Of a stretch of DNA of 64,000 bases, positions 1 to 12,610 are shown one piece after another. The notes under the pieces are model-generated. The model ran no database searches and was not told where the DNA came from. It saw only the letters and a program-made list of their open reading frames with translations. The position numbers and the translations under genes are program-made. Each line of letters begins with the position of its first letter. The first letter of the stretch is position 1. Source of the stretch: Cetorhinus maximus (Eukaryota). The stretch is from assembly GCF_964194155.1 (NCBI RefSeq), contig NC_135899.1:25110001-25174000 (forward strand), in the 5' to 3' direction.

Positions 1-59
1 GAAGCAACAATGGAATCTGTATCCAGCATCCTGTCAATTTCTAACCACTCACTGCACAA

Positions 60-250
60 TGAAGGTTTAACTCACATTGTCCCTATCTGCTTTGTCAACC
101 ACCTTAAATCTCTGCCCTCTTGTTATCGACCCTTAGACCCTGGAAACAGTTTCTCTTTATTTATTCTGTCTAAACCCTTGATGATTTTAGATCCCTCTAT
201 CAAATCTCCTCTTAACCATCTTCGCACCAAGGAGAACAAACCCGGCAACT
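60..250 (-). mobile_element. Degraded CR1-type LINE 3' fragment
   Basis: Reverse-strand similarity to the CR1 ORF2 C-terminal region seen in better-preserved copies in this window (e.g. 4400-4972). Confidence 0.5.
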
Positions 251-694
251 ACATTGCCATCAAATTAAAAGGTCGATTGATTGCTTCATGAAAGCTAGGT
301 TGGGCTTTGATTCTTCTTTTTGAAAAAGTGGAATCTAAAACAGGAAAATATTCCACTTACGACTCTAAATCGAGCACAAGAGATCATTTATAATCCATCA
401 GGAAGCGCAGTAAAATCAAAGGATTTACCGTTTGCTGCCTAACTGATGGTAAGATCTGCGTTTGGGTTGGTGGCGGGGATGGGAGGAGAAGGGGATGGGT
501 GCCACAAGCTGAAATGTGACTTGGGAAAGATAAGCAAGAGCAAGTGAGCGCAAGAGAGAGTGCGAAAGAGAGAGTGGGCACGAGGACAGAGAGGGAAAGA
601 GAATTTGAAAGAGAAATGAAAGAGAGAGTGAGATTGCCAATTTTTCCTATTGCCCCCAAACAGTTTAAAGATTATTGGAGCCAGAAAGAGTTAA

Positions 695-850
695 ACCCCA
701 GCTTCTCCGGCCTCTCTGTCTAGCTGTAATAATCTCATCCCTGGAACCATTCTAGTCATTCTTTTCTGCATTCTCTCCAAAGCCTTCACATCCTTTACTA
801 AAGTGTGGTATCCAAAATTGGACAATACTCCAGTTGTTTCCAGTTTAAGG
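695..850 (-). mobile_element. CR1-type LINE fragment
   Basis: ORF 691-897(-) contains KDVKALERMQKRMTRMVPGM, the CR1 ORF2 C-terminal motif. Confidence 0.7.
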
Positions 851-972
851 AATGCAGTAAGATAGAGTCTCATAATTGTGTTTGCTTCTTTTAGCATTTT
901 GTCCCCTTCTTAATCTACGTACTTTTCTGAAGAAACTTTCCCTGCAATTATGAATTTACCTAGCAATTTTTC

Positions 973-1437
973 GATGGCTCAGCTGTTAGCACTCTGGCCT
1001 CTAAGTTAGGAGGCCGTGGCTTCAAGACTCACCACAAAGTCTTGCGTATAGAGTCTAGGCCAACACCCCACCACTGAAATACCGAGGGAGCGCTGTGCTA
1101 CAGTGCCGGAAGTGCTGTCTCACGGCTGAGACATTAAACCAAGGGCCCCACCAGGTGAATGTAAAAGACGGCCTATTTTGAGATAGAGTGGGAGTTTCCT
1201 CCCAGGCGTCCCGGCTCAGTATTAATTCCACAGCACCTGTCACATTAAAAAAAAGAGTGAACAGTCCGCTCGTTATCACATTGCTGTTTGTGGGATCACG
1301 CTGTGCGCAGATTGGCTGCCGCATCCCCACCATCACAACCGTGACGGCACTTCAAAGGTGCTTCCTCAGCTATATGGTGCCTTGGGGCATTCCTGGGCTT
1401 GCCACAGGCCCTCCATCAATGCAAGTTCTTTCCTTTT
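973..1437 (+). mobile_element. tRNA-derived SINE, DeuSINE/SacSINE1-like
   Basis: A-box-like TGGCTCAGCTGTTAG and B-box-like GCTTCAAGAC head; central TGAGACATTAAACC; 3' GCTGTTTGTGGGATC...AATGCAAGTTCTTTC tail. The tail recurs at 21165-21300 and 53770-53830. Family name from memory. Confidence 0.6.
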
Positions 1438-1519
1438 TAACCTACCGAAAGAGTTCAAAATAAGCAAATATGTTACAAAGTGAGTTGAATGGCAGAGGAA
1501 CAGTCAAGAAAGATTTTAT

Positions 1520-2000
1520 GAACATATGAATTAGGAGCAGGAGTAGGCCACTCGGCCCTTTGAGCCTGCTGTGTCATTCGATAAGATCATGGCTGATCTG
1601 ATTGTAACCTCCTGCCTACCCTCGATAACCTTTCAGCCCCATGATTATCAAGAATCTATCTACCTCTGCCTTAAATACATTCAAAGACTCTGCCTCCATT
1701 GCCTATTGGGGAAGAGAGTTCCAAAGGCTCACCAACCTCCAAGAGAAAAAAAATTTCTCCTCATCTCTGCCCAAAATGGGCGGCCCCTTATTTTTAAACC
1801 CCTAGTTCTAGATTCTCCCACAAGAGGGAACATCCTTTCCACATCCACCCTGTCAAGACCCCTCAGGGTCCTGTATGTTTCAAGCAAGTCACTTCTTATT
1901 CTTCTAAACTCCAGCGGATACAAGCCTAGCCTGTCCAACCTTTCCTCATAAGACAACCCACCCGATCCAGCTATTAGTCTAGTAAACCTTCTCTGAACTG
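1520..2000 (-). mobile_element. CR1-type LINE 3' fragment
   Basis: ORF 1729-2100(-): [40 protein letters not shown]. Confidence 0.85.
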
Positions 2001-2137
2001 AACTTTTTATGGACATTAGATGTGGAAAAGCAGTCCGGCTGATGAAAAACTCCAGTGAGTTCAGAACTTGGTAGCGATAAACGCGGAGGAACTTTTCCAC
2101 AGAGGCTCCATTTGTAAAATCTCTTCTATGTCCACAG

Positions 2138-2251
2138 ACTCGTTGCGAAAACCCAGTCAGCCAACCTCAAGCCCATTAGATTATGATGTGCCCACTGTGA
2201 TCGCTTATGAGGACGAAACAGATCAGCTGTCTGAAAAAGATTTCATTGCCG
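2138..2251 (+). CDS. C-type lectin domain gene, linker exon (phase 1-1, 114 nt)
   Basis: Acceptor ctcttctatgtccacAG at 2137, donor G|gtgag at 2252; open frame DSLRKPSQPTSSPLDYDVPTVIAYEDETDQLSEKDFIA is in phase with the next exon. Confidence 0.6.
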
Positions 2252-2337
2252 GTGAGAATGCTGGTTCAACATAAGCCTTCCATTCCTTTGACCGATGAAG
2301 CCAAATGTTAAAAAACACCTTATGCTCCCCTTCCTAG

Positions 2338-2703
2338 ATCAGGCCCTGAGTCCAAGTGCCTCCAGCCGGGGGTACTTCCTCATCAAGAAAGAGAGAACCT
2401 GGAGGGAAGCCCAAGATTACTGTCGGACTGAGCACTCAGACCTGCTCAGTGTGCAACACAGGGAGGAGAACAGCCAAGCCACAAAGCTGCTCATGCAGGA
2501 TGTACCATCTTGGATCGGGCTGTTCAATGAGCACATGACTGATTTTGGCTGGATGTGGACCAATGGAGAGCCAACCTCATTTATGAACTGGGACAATTAC
2601 TATCCAATGGATTTCACCAAGATGTCTGTCTGTGTTGTTATGGTCAATGGGCGATGGAAGGACGTGCCTTGTGACTATAAGTTCACTTTCATTTGTTACT
2701 CAG
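2338..2703 (+). CDS. C-type lectin domain (CTLD) exon, phase 1-1, 366 nt
   Basis: Acceptor ccccttcctAG, donor CAG|gtaag; CTLD signature TWREAQDYCR..DLLSV..WIGL..WMWTNG..NW..CVVM..GRWKDVPC..FICY. Confidence 0.9.
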
Positions 2704-2900
2704 GTAAGCAGTGATTGCATAGTCACACTAGGAAATTAACATTATTACCCACTTTCACTCTGGAAATAGAGGTAACCTAGGCTATCCTTAATAGGATTCT
2801 AGTCATGAAATCTTATCCCTGGTAACCTTAATGGTTCATTATAATACATTTTTCTGCAGTTTCTCTATTCATCTGTTGACCCCTATCTTGTTTCTTTTAG

Positions 2901-2920
2901 GATATAAGCTACCTGGCTGA
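2901..2920 (+). CDS. Probable terminal coding exon of the CTLD gene (GYKLPG-stop)
   Basis: Acceptor tcttgtttcttttAG at 2900; phase 1 gives G|GA TAT AAG CTA CCT GGC TGA; ATTAAA at 2933-2938. Confidence 0.55.
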
Positions 2921-3584
2921 AAGAAAACCCTTATTAAACGTTTCTTCCTAACAAGGAACCCTCTCCTTGCTTGAGCAAGTTTTTTTCTTGCTCAATGTCA
3001 AGCCATGCCCTGAAGAATTCTGGGAGGGAGAAACATGACCATTGTATTATTTCTAGCTATTGCAAAGCTATCCAAAAGTGAAAAGAAAGGAGAAAAACCT
3101 TAAAATCATTTGAAATTAAACCAAATCCTATGTGTATATGTCTACATGCTTAGGGTATCTTACAGGTGGGTGAAGGAAAAGGTTTCATAATTGGTTCCAT
3201 TTTCACGATGCCCCATACATAAGGCAAACCTGGGGTATTGGGGGGGAGGGGCGCAAATTCCTCCTGAGTTCTTTCAATCCTTGGCCCTAACGCTGGAGGA
3301 AATTGTGCCATTTCTTAATGGTGTTCCCATCAAAGTTAGGGTTGGAAGTAGGGCTGCATCCCCTCCCTTTGCCCTAAGTTAGTCGCTGATGTATTTTTAA
3401 TATATTATCAACCGGGTATTTTAAATATATTATCAGCCGGGTGTCCCACGGCATTATGCATGCAGAGTCAAGACTAAATGTTGCCTTTCAGGTAAATGAA
3501 TCAATGTAGGGGACCAATGGATTGGGGTGTGCAGACAATGATCCAGTCCCCAAGTTAAAATTGTACAATCCATCCTCATAGTAA

Positions 3585-3980
3585 TATGATTTGTACATAG
3601 ATTTATACAGCACAGGAACAGGCCACTTGTTTCAAAAGGCCTATACCGGCATTCATGCTTCCGGTGAACCTCCTCCCACCCCTCTTCATCTCAACCTATC
3701 AGCATATCCTTCAATTCCTTTGTCCCTCATGTGTACAGCTAGCCTCCCCTTAAAAACATGTATACTATCCGCCTCGACTTCTCCTTGTGGTAGCGATTTC
3801 CACATCCTCACCTTTCTTTCGGTAAAGAGGTTTCCCCTGAATTCCCTCGTGCATTTATTAATGATTGTTTTATACGTAGGGCCCCTAGTTTTGTTCTCCC
3901 TCACAAGTGGAAAAACTTTTACTCGATCGTACGCTTTCATAACCTTCAGGTCACCCCGTCAATCCTCTCTTTTTTAGAGA
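3585..3980 (-). mobile_element. CR1 3' fragment (outermost element of the nest; continues at ~10966-11090)
   Basis: ORF 3686-3940(-) gives a CR1 C-terminus; the sequence breaks at ctctttttttagaga and resumes as ccagcctgttcagcctttcctgatagg near 10975. Confidence 0.7.
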
Positions 3981-4395
3981 ACATAACACCAGAAATAGGA
4001 GCAGGGGTAGACTTTATGCCACCCTTGAACCTACTCCACCATTCAATATGATCATTGCCAATCTTCTATCTCCATATTCCCACCCGCTTCCCCCATATCC
4101 CTTGAATTCCTGAGAGGCCTCAAAAAAACCTTTCCATCTCAGCCTTAAATATATTCAACAATGGAGCATCCACAAGCCTCAGGGGCACTGAATTCGAAAG
4201 ATTCACAACCCTTTGAGTGAAGAAATTTCTCCCCCTTATCCTGAGACTGTGCCCCCACCCTCCCCGCCGCCATCTTTTAGATTCTGCAGCTGGGGAAAAA
4301 CAAGTGTCCTCTCTGTCAAGCCCCTTCAGCATTTTGTATAATTCAATGAGATCACTTCTCATTCTTCTAAACTCCGGAGAATATATGTGCCATTT
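3979..4395 (-). mobile_element. CR1 3' portion (second nest level; continues at 9579-10965)
   Basis: ORF 4120-4458(-) EFRRMRSDLIELYKMLKGLD...; the continuation at 9579+ reads LRELSYDERL, RPHLEYCVQFWS, SCLTNLLGFFE. Confidence 0.75.
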
Positions 4396-7300
4396 AGAGT
4401 CATAGAGGTCTACAGCACAGAAAAAGGCCCTTTGGCCCATCGAGTCTGCGCTGGTCAAACAAGTACGTAACTATTCTAATCCCATTTTCCAGCACTAGGC
4501 CTTGTATGCCATGGCATTGCAATTGCACATCCAAATGCTTCTTGAATGTTATGAAGGTTTCTGCCTCTACCACCTTTTCAGGCAGTGAGTTCCAGATTCC
4601 CACCACCCTCTGGGTGAAAAACCTTTTCCTCACATCCCCTCTAAACCTCCTGCCCCTTACCTTAAATCTATGCTCCCTGGTTATTGATCTCTCCACCAAG
4701 GGGAAAAGTTCCATCCTGTCTACCCTATCTATGCCCCTCATAACTCTATAAACCTCAATCATGTGCCCCCTCAATCTCCTCTGCTCCAGGGAAAATAACC
4801 CCAGTCTATCCAATCTCTCCTCATAACTAAAACTCTGCAGCCCAGGCAACATCCTGGTAAATCTGCTCTGCACTCTCTCTAGTGCAATCACATCCTTCCT
4901 ATAATGCAGATTCCAGAACTGCACACAATACTCTAGCTGTGGCCTAACCAGTGTTTTATACAGTTCCAGCATAACCTCCCTGCTCTTATATTCTATGCCT
5001 CAGCTAATAAAGGCAAATATCCCATATGCCTTCTTAACCACCTTATCTACCTGTCCCACTACCTTAAGGGACCAGTGGACATGCACGCCAAGGTCCCTCT
5101 GATCCTTGGTACTTCCAGGGTTCTACCATTCATCGTGTATTCCTGTGCCTTGTTTGTCCTGCCCAAGTGCGTCACCTCACACTTATCCGGATTAAATTCC
5201 ATTTGCCACTGATCAGCCCATCTGACCAGCCCATCTATATCCTCCTGTAATCTAAGGCTATCCTCTTCACTATTTACCAACCCAGCAATTTTTGTGTTAT
5301 CCGCGAACTTACTGATCAACCCTGCTACATTCAAGTCCAAATCGTTTATATATACCACAAACAGCAAGGGACCCAACACCGATCCCTGTGGATCCCCACT
5401 GGACACAGGCATCCAGTCACAAAAACACCTCTCGACCATCACTCTCTGCTCCCTGCCACTCAGCCAATTCTGGATCCAATTTCCCAAATTGTCTTGGATC
5501 CCATGGGCTCTTACCTTTGTTATCAGTCTCCCATGCGGGACCTTATCAAAAGCCTTGCTGAAGCCCAAGTACACTACGTCAAATGCATTGCCCTCATCTG
5601 CACACCTGGCCACCTCTTCGAAAAATTCAATTAAATTGGTCAGACATAACCTTAACAAAACCCTGCCTTGATTAATCTCTGCCTCTCCAGGTGAAGATTA
5701 ATTCTGTCTCTCAGAATTGCTTCCAATAGTTTCCCCACCACTGAGGTTAGACTGACTGGCCTGTAATTTCCTGGTTTATCCCTTCCTCCCTTCTTGAATA
5801 ACGGTACCACATTGGCTGTCCTCCAGTCCTCTGGCACCTCTCCTGTGGCCAGAGAAGTATTGAAAATTATTGTCAACACCTCTGCTATCTCCTCCCTTGC
5901 CTCACTCAATAGCCTGGGATATGTTTCATCCGGGCCTGGAGATTTATCTACTTTTAAGCCTGTCAGACTACTTAGAACCTCCTCCCTTTCTATGCTAATT
6001 TCTTCAATTATATCACAGTCCTTCTGCCTGATTTCCATACCCACGTCATCCCTCTCACTTGTGAACACCGACACAAAGTATTCATTTAGAACCCTACCTA
6101 CGTCTTTCCGCTCCATACACAAATTGCCACTATAGTCCTTAATGGGTCCTACTCTTTCCCTAGTTATCCTCTTTCTCTTAATGTACTTGTAAAATAGCTT
6201 TGGATTTTCCTTTATTTTACCTGCCAATAGTTTTTCATGCTCCCTTTTTGCTCTCCTAATTTCCTTTTCAAGATACCCCCTACACATTCTATACTCCTCT
6301 AGGACTTCCGCTGTTTTGAGCCCTCGGTATCTGCCATAAGCCTCCCTTTTCCTCTTTATCCAATCCTGTATATCCCTCGACTTCCAGGGTTCCCTGGATT
6401 TGTTGGTCCCACCCTTTATCTTTACTGTAATATGTTGGCCCTGTACTCTCCCCATTTCCTTCTTGAATGAGTACCACTGCTCTGACACAGATTTACCTAA
6501 AAGTAGCTGCTCCCAATCCACTCTGGCCAAATCATATCTGATCTTATTAAAATCGGCCTTCCCCCAATTTAGAACTCTGATTTCTGGCCCAACCTTGTCC
6601 TTTTCCATAATAATGTTGAATCTAACGGAGTTATGATCACTATCTGCAAAATGGTCCCCCACTGATACCTCTACCTGGCTTCATTGCCTAAAATTCAGGA
6701 CCACCCCTCTATTGTAGGACCTTCTACGTAGCTCTCCTGGATGCATTTTAAGAATTCCGCTCTCTCTAAACCTATCACACTATGACTAACCCAGTTAATG
6801 TTGGGGAAGTTGAAATCCCCCACTATTACTACCTTATTATTTTTACACTTCTCTGAAATTTGCCTACATATCTGCTCTTCTATTTCTCTCTGACTATTTG
6901 AAGGCCTATAGTACACTCCCAGCAATGTGATTGTTCCTTTTTTGTTTTTAAATTCTACCCATATGGCTTCATTTGAGGAGCCTTCTAAGATGACATCCCT
7001 CCTTACTGCTGTAATTGATTCCTTGATCAATATTGAGATACCCCCTCCTCTTTTACCTCCTTCCCCGTCTCGCCTGAAGACTCTATATCCTGGATTGAGC
7101 TGCCAATCCTGCCCCTCTCTCAACCATGTCTCTGTGACAGAATGACATCATACTTCTATGTGTTAATTTGTGCCCTCAACTCATCTGCCTTATTCGTCAG
7201 ACTCCTTACATTAAAATAAATACCATTGAACCTTGCCAAACTCCCTTGCACCTTAACTGGTCTATAATTTCTCAGTTGCTCTCTCTTCTAATTTTGGCTC

Positions 7301-9577
7301 TGCATCTCCCCCTGCTGAACCTCCTCTCAGGATCCTATCCTCTTGTCAAGTTCATTTAAACCCTCCCCAACAGCACTAGCAAACCTCCCCGCAAGGATGT
7401 TGGTCCCATTCCGGTTCAGATGCAACCCATTCGCCTTTTACTGGTCCTGTTGCCCCCAGAAATGGTCCTAATGTCCCAGAAATATAAAGCCCTCCCTGTA
7501 CCATCTCTCCAGCCACGCATTCATCTGGACTAACCTCCTATTTCTATACTCACTAGCGCGTGGCACCGGAAGTAATCCAGAGATTACTACCTTTGAGGTC
7601 CTGTTTTTTAATCTGCTTCCTAGCTCCCTAAATTCTGTTTACAGGACCTCATCCCTCTTTCTACCTATGTCGTTGGTACCAATATGTACCACAATCTCTG
7701 TCTGTTTGCCCTCCCCCTTCAGAATGCCCTGCAGCCGTTCAGTGACATCCTTGACCCTGGCACCAGGGAGGCAACATACCATCCAGGGGTCACATCTATG
7801 GCCGCAGAAACACCTGTCTGTTCCGAGTCTCCTACCACTATTGCTCTTCCCCTCTTTTTCCTCCCCCCCTCTGTGCAACTGAGCCACTCACACTGCCATG
7901 AGCGTGGCTGCACTTCCCAGAGGAACCGTCACGCTCACCATTTTCCAACACACAAAAACGGTTCTCGAGCGAGATGCATCCTGGGGATTTCCTGACTACC
8001 TGCCTAACACCTTTCTTCTGGCTGACGGTCACCCATTCCCTCTCTGTCTGCACTCCCGTAAACTGTGGGGGACCACATCGAAAAACGTGCTATCCATGAA
8101 ACTCTCAGCCTCGCAGATGTACCTCAGTGCCTCCAGCTGCTGCTTAAGCCCCGAAACTCAGAGCTCAAGTGGCTGCAGCTGGTGGCACTTCCTGCACACG
8201 TGGTTGGTCAGAGCGCAAGTAGTGTCTAGGACTTCCCACATGTTGCAGGCGATACATAACACGGGACTGAGCTGCCCTGCCATGCCTCTAGTTGAAAAAA
8301 AACCCTTACTTTAAGTTAAATACAGTAAAAAAAATGTTAAATTATTTATGTACTTTAAATAAAAACTAGAACTCTTACCTCTCCTTAGTTTAATTTATTT
8401 TAAACTGGAGCAAAACACTTACCCACTATTCACCAATCAGCTCTCACCTTTGTGCTAATGTCACTTTTTGAAGCTTCCCTGCACTCACACTGGTTCTGAT
8501 CTCTCCACCGCTCTCTCGTGCTGTCTTGTGATGTCACTCTTGGTTTTATTTTGAAAAATATACTTTATTCATCAAATATCTGGAAGAACATTACAAAACG
8601 TTTCTAAATTGCCATCACAAAAAGTATAATCAGATTCAACTTTTACACATGGATCACAAGGTGCCTCAATACAATCAATGAATATTACAATCATTTCAAT
8701 CTGGTCATTACAGACAATCAGACACTGAAATGGTATTGGAGTTATCAACATCCATCATGTTGCACTCTGAGGTGCTTCAATACAATTATGATACATTTAG
8801 TGTTCACTACATATATTCATTGTGAGCTGTACAGCCCAAGGGGTCTATACCTTTCCCGGCCCCTCGGTGCACTGTGGCAGAAAGGTCTTAGACAGCGACC
8901 TTTCCCCATTGCACTTTTGCGGCGGCTGCCCCAAGCTTTAGTGCTTCCCTCAGCACGTGGTCCTGGACCTTGCAATGTGCCAGTCTGCAACACTCGGTCG
9001 GGGACAACTCTTTGCACTGGAAGACCAACAAGTTTCAGGCAGACCAAAGAGCGTCTTTCACCGAGTTGATGATCCTCCAGCTGCAGTTGATGTTTGTCTC
9101 GGTATGTGTCCCTGGGAACAGCCCGTAGAGCACAGAGTCCTGTGTCACAGAACTGCTCGGGATGAACCTCGACAGAAACCACTGCATCTCTCTCCAGACC
9201 TTCTTTGCAAAGGCACAATCCACAAGGAGGTGAACAGTCTCGTCCCCACCACAGCCACCTCGAGGGCAACGTGCAGTGGGGGTGAGACTCCTGGCGTGTT
9301 AGAAGGATCTGATGGGGAGGGCCTTTCTCACCACCAGCCAAGCTACATCTTGGTGCTTGTTGATGTCACTCTTGTTATTTTCAACAAGAACTGACTGCAG
9401 GACACTCTTCCCAGACTGCTTCACCACAATGCTGACTGCAGGACACTCTTCCCAGACTGATTCACCGCGATGCTGACTGCAGGACACTCTTCCCAGACTG
9501 ATTCACCGCGATGTTGACTGCAGGACACTCTTGCCAAACTGATTCACTGCGATGCTGACTGCAGGACACTCTTCCCA
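4396..9577 (-). mobile_element. Near full-length, frameshifted CR1 LINE (ORF1 Zn-finger plus esterase; ORF2 APE endonuclease plus RT), interrupted by Tx1 in the 5' UTR
   Basis: ORF1 ATG at 8283 (MAGQLSPVLCIACNMWE..CRKC), esterase-like CCLPGARVKDV..VVHIGTND. ORF2 pieces: 6695-7123 (VGDFNFP), 5652-6662 (PGNYRPVSLTSV), 5059-5658 (PQGSVLGPLLF, FADN), 4400-4972. 3' tail ctctatgactct; imperfect TSD GCCATTT (4389-4395) / GCAATTT (9578-9584). Confidence 0.92.
8543..9360 (-). mobile_element. 5'-truncated Tx1/L1-clade LINE with 14-bp TSD
   Basis: zf-RVT-type C-terminus (KHQDVAWLVVRKALP..CAFAKKVWREM..WRIINSVKDALWSA); 3' AATAAA and A-rich end; TSD TGATGTCACTCTTG at 8529-8542 and 9361-9374. Confidence 0.88.
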
Positions 9578-9578
9578 G
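9391..9578. repeat. 41-bp tandem repeat (~4.6 copies), apparently the extreme 5' end of the full-length CR1
   Basis: Unit CTGACTGCAGGACACTCTTCCCAGACTGATTCACCGCGATG starts at 9391, 9432, 9473, 9514, 9555. Confidence 0.85.
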
Positions 9579-10965
9579 CAATTTTCTCAGCCTCTCATCA
9601 TAGGACAACTCTCTCATCACAGGAATTAATCTAGTGAATCTTCGCTGTACTGCCTCCAATGCAAGTATATTCCTTCTTAAATATGAAGACCAAAACTGCA
9701 CACAGTACTCCAGATGTGGTCTCACTCACCAAAGCTCTGTACAACTGTAGCGAGACTTCTTTATTCTTGTACTCCATTCTCCTTGCAATAAATGCCAACA
9801 TGCTATTTGCCTTCCTAATTGCTTGCTGCACCTGCATGCTAACTTTCTGTGTTCCCTATATGAGTGTACCAAGTCCCTCTGAACATCAACATTTACAAGT
9901 TTCACACCTTTAAAAAATATTCTGCTCTTCTACTCTTACCACCAAAATGAATAACCTCCCATTTCCCCACATTATACTCCATCTGCCATCTCATTGCCCG
10001 CTCACTTAATTTGTAAAAATCTCTTTGCAGCTTCTTTTGTCCTCCTCACAGCTTAAATTCTCACTTATATCATCGAGCAAACTTAGATACATTACTCTTG
10101 GCTTCTTCGTCCATGTCATTGATATAGATTGTAAATAGCTAAGGCCTGAGCACTGATCCTTACAGCACTCCACTGGTTACAACCTGTCAACTTGAAAATG
10201 TCCCTTTTATCACTACTCTCTGCTTTCTGTCTGTTAACCAATCATCTATCTATGCTAATATATTACCCCCAACTCCATGAGCCCCTACCTTGTGTGGCAC
10301 CTTGTTAAATGTCTTCTGTAAATCCAAGGATATCACATCTAAGAGTTCCCCTTTATCTACCCTACCAGTTACATCCTCAAAAAACCCTAATAAATTTGTC
10401 AAACATGACTTCCTTTTTGAAAAAGCTTTGTGGCTTTGTCCGATCATGCTAGGATTTTCTTAGTCCTTTGTTAAGACTTCCTCAATAATAGATTCCTACA
10501 CTTTCCCAATGACTGATGTCAGGGTAATTGGCCTGCTGTTCCATGATTTCTGCCTCCCTCCTTTCTTGCATAGAAGTGTGAAGTTTGCCACTTTTCAATA
10601 CACTGGGACCATTCTAGAATCTAGGGAATTTTGGAAAATCATAACCAGAGCATTTACTATCTCTGCAACTACCTCTTTTAGAATCCTAGGATGTAGGTCA
10701 TCAGGTCCTGGGATTTGTCAGCCTTTAGTCTTTAAGTTTCTCCAATATCTTTTCTCTGCTTACATTAATCACCTAACTCTTATTACCCCACTTGGTTACC
10801 TTCTATTTCTGACATGTAGCTTGTGCCTACTATCATGATGAAAGACACAAAATATTTGTTCAGTGTCTCTGCCATTTCCTCATACCTCATGATGATTTTT
10901 CCTGTCTCTGAATTCAAGGGACCATCATTTGCTTTAGCTACTCTCCTCCTTTTGGCATATTACTA
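9579..10965 (-). mobile_element. CR1 ORF2 fragment (5' continuation of 3979-4395)
   Basis: ORFs 9462-9725, 9631-9837 and 10250-10447 (-) carry CR1 RT motifs. Confidence 0.8.
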
Positions 10966-11534
10966 ACAGCGTTCCAGCCTGTTCAGCCTTTCCTGATAGG
11001 TATAACCTCTCAGCTCTGATATGATCCTTTTAAATCTTTTTGTTTTCACTCCTACCTCCAGCGGTTTTATGTCTGTTTCATAATTTTCAATATGTAAAGT
11101 AGTTTAAGAAGCAGAGATGCGGAGTTGGCCAGTTGAAAGATGGAAGCCTGTCCATAGTTGCAAAGAGGAGCTGGGAGTAGTCCAACAGAGACTGTATGCA
11201 TTGCACCAGCTCTGCTGTGAAGACATAGTTAATGGTTACACAGGTAGTTTCCATTACAAGCATTATAGTTAATAATATACAAAGTTGACAGCAAATTAGC
11301 CAGTGGAGCTGCACAGTTGTTTCAAAGGTGGTAACGAATTGCACCCTTCACAGTAACTGGACAGCATTCATTGTCACCACTCTGAAATATGCCTGGATGT
11401 CAAAATTTTATATTAACCTCATTATCTGGTTTGCCTACTGGCTTTCAGTGAGCTTAATATTTTGTTGGCATTAAGCTGAGGGGTGCTAGCATTGGGAATG
11501 GAGCACATTTCTGTTCAAGTGCTCAACGTCAATG

Positions 11535-11950
11535 TAAAAAAATATTGTCAGGATCTGAACATCGCTGGCTGACAAGGCCACCAATTATTGCCCACCCCTG
11601 GTTGCCCATTGAGAAGGTGGTGATGGGCCGCCGCCTTGAACCACTGCAGTCCATGTGGTGAAGGTGCCCCGCAGTATAGTTAAGTAGGACGTTGCACGAT
11701 TCTGACTCAACAACGATCAAGGAGCGGGTGACCTGTGTCCAAGCCGGATAGTGTATGACTCTGCGGGGTAGTATTGAGATGGTGATGTTTCCATGCACCT
11801 GCTGCCCTTGCTGGGGAGTGAGGGGGTGTGGTGGGGTGGGGGAGGGGTGGAGTGGTGGGGAAGGAGAACGAGCTCAGGGGGCGCTGTTTGAGGAGCCTTG
11901 GTCAGTCGGCTGTAGTGCATCCTGTGGAACGTACACACTGCAGTCACCAG
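11535..11950 (-). mobile_element. LINE 3' fragment, second family (tail GGGCAATAAATGCTGGCC)
   Basis: Reverse complement of the tail also present at 12415-12610, 20600-20800, 37003-37745, 41247-41874 and 53415-53730. Confidence 0.7.
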
Positions 11951-12059
11951 TGGTGAAAGCCAGCTTGTCCCTACTGCACCAGCATAACTGTTGCATTATG
12001 CACTTGACCCCACGTTTATCTCTAACATAGCCAAGTTAGTGAAAAGTATTGTTGCATTA

Positions 12060-12610
12060 GGTGCTGAGAGGCTGGTTAGATGCTGAGAGGTTGTTTAGAG
12101 GTAATTTCCCCTGGCTGGGAAATCTATAACTAGGGTGCACGGTCTCAGGATAAGGGAGTGGCTGTTTAGGACTGAGATAAGGAGAAATGTCTTCACCTGG
12201 AGGCTTATGAATCACTGGAATTCCCTACCAAAGTGCAGTGTGGATCTTCTGGTCATTGAGTCAAGGCTGAGATCAATTGATTTTCGGACACTGAAGGAAA
12301 CCAGATGTATGGGGATCAGGCAGGAAAGTGGAGTCAAGATAGAAGATCAGCCTTGATCTTATAGAACGGAGGAGCAGGCTTGAGGGGCCATATGGCCTTC
12401 TCCTGCTCTTATAACGCCATCCCTTCTCTGTCACTGGGTCAAAATCCTGGAACTTCCTCCCTAACAGCACTGTGGGTGTACCTAAGCCACATGGACTGCA
12501 GCGGTTCAAAAAGGCGGCTCAGCACCGCCTTCTCAAGGGGCAATTAGGGACGGGCAACAAATGTTGGCCTTGCCAGCAATGCCCAGATCCTGTGAAAGAA
12601 TGAAAAAAAT
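12060..12610 (+). mobile_element. CR1 3' fragment (12060-12410) followed by a second-family LINE tail (12415-12610)
   Basis: HGLRIREWLFRTEIRRNVFTWR..WNSLP, then TCACTGGGTCAAAATCCTGG..GGGCAACAAATGTTGGCC..A-rich end. Confidence 0.7.

Noticed and set aside
300-456. Possible small minus-strand exons (donor-like motifs near 360 and 428, acceptor near 336)
   Set aside because: No recognisable peptide, and one implied intron is too short; unsupported without transcripts.
3391-3441. 25-bp tandem duplication GTATTTT(T/A)AATATATTATCA(A/G)CCGG
   Set aside because: Simple local slippage with no further structure.
11087-11400. Short ORFs in unique-looking sequence
   Set aside because: No domain motif or convincing splice pair.
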